64,000 bases of DNA from Anaerolineae bacterium (lineage in GTDB: Bacteria > Chloroflexota > Anaerolineae > B4-G1 > SLSP01). Below, in pieces: positions 27,240 to 34,754 of the stretch. The position numbers were made by a program, and so were the translations under genes. The stretch's first letter is position 1. The number at the start of each line of letters is the position of its first letter. A model generated the notes under the pieces. The model was not told the DNA's origin. It saw nothing but the letters and a program-made list of their open reading frames with translations, and made no database searches. The stretch covers positions 77,382 to 141,381 of the forward strand of contig DAOOGN010000001.1 of assembly GCA_035415725.1 (NCBI GenBank), in the 5' to 3' direction.

Positions 27240-30125
27240 ATGGTAGAATCTCAACCGGCTGAACATCCACAGCGCAGTAAGGTGCCTAATGGACGCCCGA
27301 CCATTGGCTATTTAGCGCCGGCCCTCCATGAAGACAGCCAGCCCCAATGGCTGGGCGTGGTTGACGCTGCTCAGGAACAGGATGTGAATTTGATTTGCTT
27401 CCCCGGCGCTACATTGTGTACCTCACCTGACTCCCCGGAACAGGCCAACATCCTCTATGATTTGGCCGGCGCAACCAATGTGGATGGCCTGGTCAGTTGG
27501 GCTTCTTCGATTGGCAACCTGGTGACTGCCGAGGAGATCGAGGCTTTCCACAAGCGTTATCATCCTTTGCCAGTGGTGGTGATTGGTCGAGCCTGGGAAG
27601 GGATTCCGGGTTTGTCGATGGAGAGTTATCAGGGTATGTACGCCGCGGTGACGCATTTGATCGAAGTCCACCACTGTCATCGCTTGGCGTTCATCCGTGG
27701 TCCAGAGAATCATATCCAGGCTCAGGCCCGCTATCAGGCCTACCTCGATGCCTTGAGCGCTCACGGTTTGCCTGTTGACCCGCGTCTCGTTACCCCGCCA
27801 ACAGAAAGCTGGGCGCGCAGTTACGGACAAAAAGCTATATGCCTTTTGCTCGACGAGCGCCGCCTACAGCCACCGGTTGACCTGGATGCAATCGTAGCCG
27901 CCAATGACGGCCTGATCTTGGGGGCGCTGCCCAGTCTGCAGGCGCGGGGCATTCAAGTTCCCGACGATCTGGCTGTCGTTGGATTTGACAATACGCTGCA
28001 TAGCCGCGTCAACACCCCGCCCTTGACGACCGTGGCCGCACCCTATTACCCCCTGGGGCGTCAGGCCATAGACACTGTCTTGGCTTTGCTGGAGGGGCAA
28101 GAGGTTTCCTCAGAAACCTTAGTGCCGGCTCAGTTAGTCGTGCGGCAGTCGTGCGGCTGCCTGGATCCGGCGGTCGCGCAAGCCAAACTGGAGCCAGGAG
28201 AACCGGGTGATGAGATGCTTACTTCCCTTTTGAGTTCTCGTCGAACCGAGATGATTGCGGCTGTGAAGCAAGCCTTGGGCGATACTCATGAGACTGTGTT
28301 GGGCAGCATAGAGCCGCTTTTGGCCGGTCTCGACGGCGAATTGACCGGCGAGACGCCGGGGCTTTTTATCCGCGAGTTGAACAGGGCCTTGCGTCAAACT
28401 GTGGCTTCGGGTGGGGATGTCGCAGTCTGGCATGGCGTGATATCGGCCTTGCGTTATCGAACGCGCGCGTGTGTCCGTGATCAGGCTTTTATCTTAGCCA
28501 GCGACCTTTGGCAACAGGCGCGCGTTGTCATCAGCGAGACGGTGCAACGCGCCCAGGCATACAAGCAAGTGCAGATGGATCAACGGGCGCTTCTATTGCG
28601 CGAGACCGGCGCGGCGTTGCTCAATACCTTCGACATTCAAGGCTTGATAGACACGTTAGCCCGCTCGTTGCCCGATTTAGACATTCCGGGTTGCTATCTA
28701 GTTTTGTACGAGGCGCCACAGCCATATCGATATCCGCAATCTCCGCCCGAATGGGCCAGATTGGTGCTGGCCTATAGTGAACAGGGATCTGTGAATTTGG
28801 GTGCGGAGGGATACCGTTTCCCCACCCGGCAACTGCTGCCTGTCGAGATGTTGCCATCGGCACGGCGCTACAGCCTGGTCGTCGAACCACTCTTCTTTCA
28901 GAACAGTCAGATCGGATTTGTGCTGTTCGAGATGGGCCCGCGCGAAGCCGACGTCTATGACACCTTGCGGGTACAGATGAGCAGCGCCCTACAGGGTGCG
29001 ACATTGATCCGGCGGATGGAGAACCGCGCGCTTCAATTCCAGGCCATCGCTCAAGTCTCGCGCGTGACCAGCAGTATTCTGGAGTTAGATGCGTTGCTCC
29101 AACAAGTTGTGGACGTAATACAAGAACAATTCGGCTTGTACTATGTGGGCTTGTTCTTGACCGAGCCAGCCGGCACGCAGGCCGATGCTTCAAGCCGCTG
29201 GGCCATATTGCGCGCCGGTACGGGCGAAGCCGGACGACAGATGATCGCGCAAGGTCACCGGTTGGAAATTGGTGACACGTCGATGGTCGGTTGGGCTATA
29301 TCGCAGCGACAGGCCCGCATCGCTCTCGATGTGGGACACGGGGAGCAAGTTGTACGATTCGACAACCCTTTGCTCCCGGCTACTCGTTCCGAAATGGCTC
29401 TGCCGCTTATCAGTCGTGGCGAGGTGATCGGCGCGCTAGACGTGCAGAGTGTCATGCCCGAAGCGTTCACTGATGAAGATGTGGCCGTTCTCCAAACGAT
29501 GGCCGACCAGGTTGCTTTGGCGATTGGCAATGTGCGCCTGTTCCAACAAGTCCAGGATAGTCTGGAAGCGGAGCGTCGGGCGTATGGCGAACTGAGCCGT
29601 GAAGCATGGCGGAAACTGCTACAAACACGCTCGGATCTGAGCTTTGTGTGTGATGAACACGGTCTCATGCCGGTACCGACGATCCTTGAACCGCACATGC
29701 AGACGGCGGTACAGACAGGTGCCGTCGTCGTCGCTGAGGACGATCAACAGACCGTCGCGTTGCCGATCAAAGTGCGCGATCAGGTCATTGGCGTGATCAA
29801 CGCTCACAAGCCGGAACAGGGGGCATGGGCGCAAGAACAACTTGTGCTGCTGGAGACACTGACGGAACAATTAGGCGTGGCGCTGGAAAGCGCACGGCTG
29901 TATCAAGATACCCAGCGGCGCGCGGCCCGCGAACAGATTTCCGCGCAGGTGACGGCGCGGATGCGCGAATCGCTGGATATGGAGACCGTGCTCAGGACCG
30001 CAGTCGCTGAGATGCGCCAGGCGTTGGGTTTGGAGGGCGTCATTGTGCAACTGGCGCGACCGGAAGCTGGGCGCGATGCCGGCAAGATGGAGTCAGGAGG
30101 AAGCGAATATGTGGATGCGCATTAA
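27240..30125 (+). CDS. PBP1 (LacI-type ligand-binding) plus GAF-GAF sensory protein, no HTH, no output domain
   Basis: The PBP1 region reads [39 protein letters not shown]...[25 protein letters not shown]...[34 protein letters not shown]...VVRQSCGC. The GAF reads [18 protein letters not shown]...[42 protein letters not shown]...[29 protein letters not shown]. The C-terminal tail is nucleotide-identical to part of the upstream gene. Confidence 0.88.
   Translation: [961 protein letters not shown]
29913..30018 (+). repeat. 106-bp perfect direct repeat, copy B (coding, C-terminal tail of the 27240 gene)
   Basis: Identical to 27033-27138. It encodes [35 protein letters not shown] in both genes. 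Confidence 0.9.
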
Positions 30126-31791
30126 ACAATTCCTTGCGCCGCCGGTGTTCGAGGAAGACGAAGAGAAGAGTCGGGTAGCCGGCCTTGCCAATCTGATTAT
30201 TCTGTCGGTCATCGCTCTTCTCAGTGTGGCTTCCGTCATCGTTGTCCTGGTTTTGCATATCTATGCTCTCATGGGTGCCGTCTATGTGGGCATGGTTCTG
30301 CCCTTGTTGGGTGCTCTATGGCTGGTGCGACGTGGGCATGTGCGCGCTGCCGGATGGATAACGACGATTGCTCTGTGGGTTGTTTTGGCCGTGATGGGTT
30401 TCTTCGTCGGGGGCGTCATTAACGCCAGTTTTACCACAATGATCATTGTGATTATCATTGCGGCGTTGTTGCTGGGCGCCCGGGCCGGCTTAGTTTTTAC
30501 TGCCATCAGTATGGCGGCGGTCGCCTTTGCCTATATCAGTGAACTTATCGGTATCCTGCCGCCGGCGCCGGGGGCGAACAGTACGGTCAGCTATTTCATT
30601 AACCATCTCCTCAACTACGGGGTTGCCGGCGCTCTGCTGTACGTGGCGGTGAATGGGTTGACCTCTGCCTTGCAGCGCGCCAGGCGTTTGACTGCTGAGT
30701 TAGAGTTACAACAAGAGCAATTGCAATTACTGGTGCAGCAACGCACCCGCGATTTGGAGCGCAATGCTAACTATCTCCACGCCACCATGGCGGTGGCGCG
30801 TGAATCGGCGGCGGCGATAGGCGCTCCTCAGATACTGCTCGCGCGCATGGCAAACGTCATTCAGGAACAATTTAATTTTTATCATGTAGGTCTCTACTTA
30901 CTGGATGAAGCCGGTGAGTGGGTTGAATTACGCGCCGTGGCCGGGGCCGGGCAGTCTTTGTTGGAGCGAGGACTTCGTCTGCGGGTGGGTATTGAAGGCA
31001 TGGTGGGCGATGTCGCGCGCCGAGGCGCCTATCACCTGGCAGCGGATGTCGATCAGGATTCCACTTACCTGCGTGTCGCTGAACTGCCGGACACCCGTTC
31101 TGAGTTAACCCTCCCCTTGCAACTGGCTGCTGGTGTCATCGGCGTGTTGGATATACAAAGCGCTGAAACGCAAGCATTTATGGAGCAGGATATACCTGCT
31201 TTTCAGGCACTCGCCGATCAAATCTCGGTCGCCATCAGTAACGCCCGCCTGCTCGAACAGTCCCGACAGGCGGCGGAGGTAGAGCGGCGCGCTTACGGGG
31301 CACTGACCGGGGAGGCGTGGGAAAATATGCTCCGCGGGGGTCAAGTCTCGGGATTTTATAGCAATGCACGTACAACGGCACCCGCCGCCGTCGATCTCTG
31401 GCAACCGGAGATGCACATGGCCTTGCAGACCGGCAGCCTTGTCCATAATGAAAGTGCGGCACATCGTCTGGCTGTGCCGGTGAAAGTGCGCGGCGAGGTA
31501 ATCGGCGTCGTCGACTTTGCCAAACCCGGTGAGGGGAGTACATGGACGACGGAGGAAGTGACTCTGGCCGAATCGCTGGCCGAACAACTGGGGGTGGCGC
31601 TGGAAAGCGCTCGTCTGTATCAAGATTCGCAACGCCGTGCGGCGCGTGAACAGATGACGCGCGAAATCACCGGCCGTATACGTGAGACGTTGGATGTAGA
31701 GACCGTCTTGCAAACGGCGGCGCGCGAGATCGGGGAAGCATTGGGATTCCTTGCCCTTGACGTGCGGTTGGATGTCGGAAAGCAGACGTGA
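30109..31791 (+). CDS. Multi-TM plus GAF-GAF sensory protein of the '[10 protein letters not shown]' N-terminal subfamily, no output domain
   Basis: ATG at 30109 ([22 protein letters not shown]) is preceded by AGGAGG and overlaps the upstream stop. Six to seven TM helices. The GAF reads [54 protein letters not shown]...[27 protein letters not shown] second GAF and the tail follow. Confidence 0.85.
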   Translation: [560 protein letters not shown]

Positions 31792-31806
31792 GAGCGACGG
31801 GAGTGT

Positions 31807-33534
31807 ATGGGTATGGAAAAGGATAACATCAAATCGACTGACCGGCGATATGTGCCCCTGGCGGAAGATATCGTGATCTGGCGCCAGCAATTGATCCGGC
31901 GGGTGTTGCAGGTGATGCTTGTTTTCGGCGGCCTGATGCTCACTGCCGGCTCTTATTCCGCTTACTCGCGCGGCGTCTTTTGGGCTATAGGCGTCTACAT
32001 CGGGGTCTATGGCGTTTTGGTGGTGTTGACGTTGTGGCGGCGGGCACCTTATACTCTGCAGGTAGCAGGGATACAGTTGATCCTCTACACCCTTGCAGTT
32101 GTCGTCTTTATTACGCGCGGTCTGGGCGATAGTAGTCGGGTCTATTTACTCACGATGGTCTTTGTCTCTACCCTTTTCTGGGGATGGCGGGCCACGCTCT
32201 TCACTCTCGGTCTTGTCATCGCCACGATGATGGGGATGGCGTGGGCCTTTACCGGCGGATATCTCGTCGCCCAGGAAGTTGTTTCGACCGATTGGAGCGC
32301 TTGGATACCGCTTTCCATCGAAGTGTTGAGCATGGGCGTCTTTATCATGGTACTTTTGTCCTCTTATACCGCCCGTTTCAACGCTTACGTCATGCAGAGC
32401 CGCGAACTGGCGCAGGCTTTGGAAGAAAATCGGGCCGATTTGGCGCAGCAAGTAGCGCAGCGCACGTCCGACCTGGAAAAGCGCACCAGGCAATTGGAAG
32501 CGGCGACCGCGGTGGCACGGGAAGCAGCCACCATCCAGGATGTAGAAGCGTTGTTGGAGCGGGCGGTTCAGCTCGTCTCGGACCGTTTTGGTTTCTACCA
32601 TACCGGCATCTTTTTGACCGATGAAGCGGGCGAATATGCCGTGTTGCGCGCTGCTTCCTCGGAAGAAGGGCAGCGTTTGTTGGCGCGCGCCCATCGTTTG
32701 AAGGTCGGGGAGGTCGGCGTCGTCGGTTATGTGACCCGGCAGGGCGAACCGCGCATTGCCCAGGATGTACGGGCAGACGCGCTGTATTACGCCAATCCGG
32801 AGATGCCGGCGACACGCTCGGAGATGGCTTTACCTTTACTGGTGCGGGGAAGAGTGATTGGGGCGCTGGATGTGCAGAGTGTCGAGCCTGAGGCATTTAC
32901 CCAGGATGATGTGGACGTTTTGCAGGCGTTGGCGGACCAATTGGCTATAGCGATTGAGGATGCCCGTCTTATCGCCGCATCGCAGGCGGCCTTGGAGACA
33001 GCACAGCGCGCCTACGGTGAAATAAGCCGCGTCGCCTGGCAAGAAATGCTCCGTACCCATGAGCGTCTGGGAGCGCGTTACGATCCGCATCATATCCTGC
33101 CGTCAGATGCGGTGCAACCTGAGGTTACAAAACCGGACGCACGTCAGTCCACAGCGGGGATAGACGCGCGCGTAGATACGCTGAGTGTTCCACTTAAAGC
33201 GCGCGGGCAGGTGATCGGCGAACTTGCGGCCTACGTGCCCGGCGATCAACCCTGGACGGCGGATCAGCGCGAACTCTTGGAGACACTGGGGGAGCAATTG
33301 AGCGTGGCCCTGGAAAGCGCGCGACTTTATGAAGACACCCAACGTCGCGCCGCCCGCGAGCGTATGATCAGCGAAGTGACCGGCAGGATCCGCGAGACGC
33401 TGGATATAGAGGCCGTGCTCAAGACGGCTGCTGAACAGATGTGCCAGGCGTTAGCGCTCAAAGATTTGGTGGTGCGTTTGGTGAGCCCAGAAGCCGTAAA
33501 AATGGACGTGGATCGTACAGAGCATAAAGTTTAG
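31807..33534 (+). CDS. Multi-TM plus GAF-GAF sensory protein, no output domain
   Basis: Five to six TM helices. The GAF reads [60 protein letters not shown]...[29 protein letters not shown]. A helical linker with [14 protein letters not shown] leads to a degenerate GAF and the tail. Confidence 0.87.
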   Translation: [575 protein letters not shown]

Positions 33535-33535
33535 T

Positions 33536-33672
33536 GGTTCTTTAGGATTTCGTGGGATCGAAATAAGAAACCGGCTACGGATTTACACGAAAAGTATAAA
33601 AAATGAAATCTGTGTCATCCGTGGCAAAAACTAAAGCCGTTTTTCCGTCACCACGCACAGTCCCAGAGAGCC
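33536..33672 (+). repeat. Conserved intergenic element, copy 1 (about 137 nt), candidate structured RNA or regulatory element
   Basis: About 80% identical to 61522-61670. Shared blocks are ggttct, aggatt, cgtgg, gaataagaaacc, cggattt, gtataaaaa, catccgtggcaaaaa, taaagc and gtttttcc. It contains a hairpin gCTACGGAT...ATCCGTGGc with one U-G wobble. Confidence 0.55.
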
Positions 33673-33707
33673 AATTGAGTCAAATCATCGCAGTGGGAGG
33701 AAGACAG

Positions 33708-34727
33708 ATGAGGGAGTATAGGCATTCTGACCATAGGATTAAAGGGGTATGGAGGGCGTTGGCGAGCCTGGTGGTGCTGGGCTTTCTTTTAAGTGGATGT
33801 GGCACTCCGGAGCCCAAAGTTTACCGGGTGGGTGTCCTATCGGGGTTGGATTTTGTCGCTGCCATCACCGATGGTTTTAAGGAAGGTATGACCGGGTTGG
33901 GTTATGTTGAAGGAGAAAATATCGTCTATGATGTGCAGCAGACAAATTTTGATATAGCTGCCTACAGGAGCATTCTCGACAAATTTATCGCCGATAAGGT
34001 CGATTTGATTTTTGTTTTTCCTACCGAGGCATCTATAGAAGCCAAGAACGTGACCCAAGGGACTGACATTCCGGTGGTTTTCAATTTTGCTTTGATTGAG
34101 GGCGTAGGACTGGTCGATAGCGTGCGTGAACCGGGGGGAAACATCACCGGTGTGCGCTATCCTGGCCCAGATATTGCGGTCAAGCGTTTTGAAATCTTGC
34201 ATGAGATTGTGCCGGATGCCAAACGGATATGGATCCCTTATCAACGAGACTACCCGATTGTAGACAGTCAACTGGAAGCCTTGCGCCCAGTGGCCGAGGC
34301 GGCTAACATTACCTTGATCGAATTTCCTGCTGAGAGTGCTGCCGAACTCGAGGCCGAACTGCAAGCGCGGGCAAAACAGGACGATCCGGGTATAGATGCA
34401 ATTTTGTTTCTTGCAGAACCCCTGGCTGTGACTCCGGAAAGCTTTGCCGTGATCGGCAGATTTGCCGACGAGCATAAGTTGCTTGTCGGTGGAGCCTTGA
34501 TGTCAGCAGAAGGTCATGAATCCGTTTTCGGAGTGAACGTCAACCCTCTTGACACGGGTAAACTGGCGGCGCCTCTGGCGGATAAAATTTTCAGAGGGAC
34601 GCCGGCCGGCACTATCCCCGTGGTCTCAGCCGAGAATTTCGTGCAGATCAACTATAGAGCCGCTCAAGCTTTGGGATTGACGGTGCCTGAAAGTGTGTTA
34701 GCGCAAGCGGATGAGGTGATTCGCTAA
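33708..34727 (+). CDS. PF04392/COG2984-type ABC-transporter solute-binding lipoprotein; no permease or ATPase partner genes in the window
   Basis: ATG at 33708 is preceded by GGGAGGA; the ORF-track start at 33603 would place an unlikely 35-aa extension across the intergenic repeat. The signal peptide with lipobox is MREYRHSDHRIKGVWRALASLVVLGFLLSGC. Family hallmarks are YRVGVLSGLDF...IPVVFNFALIEGVGLVDSVREPGGNITGV. Confidence 0.85.
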   Translation: MREYRHSDHRIKGVWRALASLVVLGFLLSGCGTPEPKVYRVGVLSGLDFVAAITDGFKEGMTGLGYVEGENIVYDVQQTNFDIAAYRSILDKFIADKVDLIFVFPTEASIEAKNVTQGTDIPVVFNFALIEGVGLVDSVREPGGNITGVRYPGPDIAVKRFEILHEIVPDAKRIWIPYQRDYPIVDSQLEALRPVAEAANITLIEFPAESAAELEAELQARAKQDDPGIDAILFLAEPLAVTPESFAVIGRFADEHKLLVGGALMSAEGHESVFGVNVNPLDTGKLAAPLADKIFRGTPAGTIPVVSAENFVQINYRAAQALGLTVPESVLAQADEVIR

Positions 34728-34754
34728 CTGTTCATCTTGTCGAGAGGTGGAACA

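Noticed and set aside
27033-30018. Possibility that the 106-bp identical pair is a diversity-generating retroelement template/variable repeat pair
   Set aside because: There is no reverse transcriptase gene in the window, and the copies are perfectly identical rather than differing at adenines. Gene conversion between paralogs is the simpler explanation.
33603-33707. ORF-track start of the solute-binding gene at 33603 (MKSVSSVAKTKAVFPSPRTVPESQLSQIIAVGGRQ...)
   Set aside because: This extension runs across the conserved intergenic element, has no SD and makes a non-canonical signal peptide. The ATG at 33708 has a GGGAGGA SD and gives a textbook lipoprotein signal.
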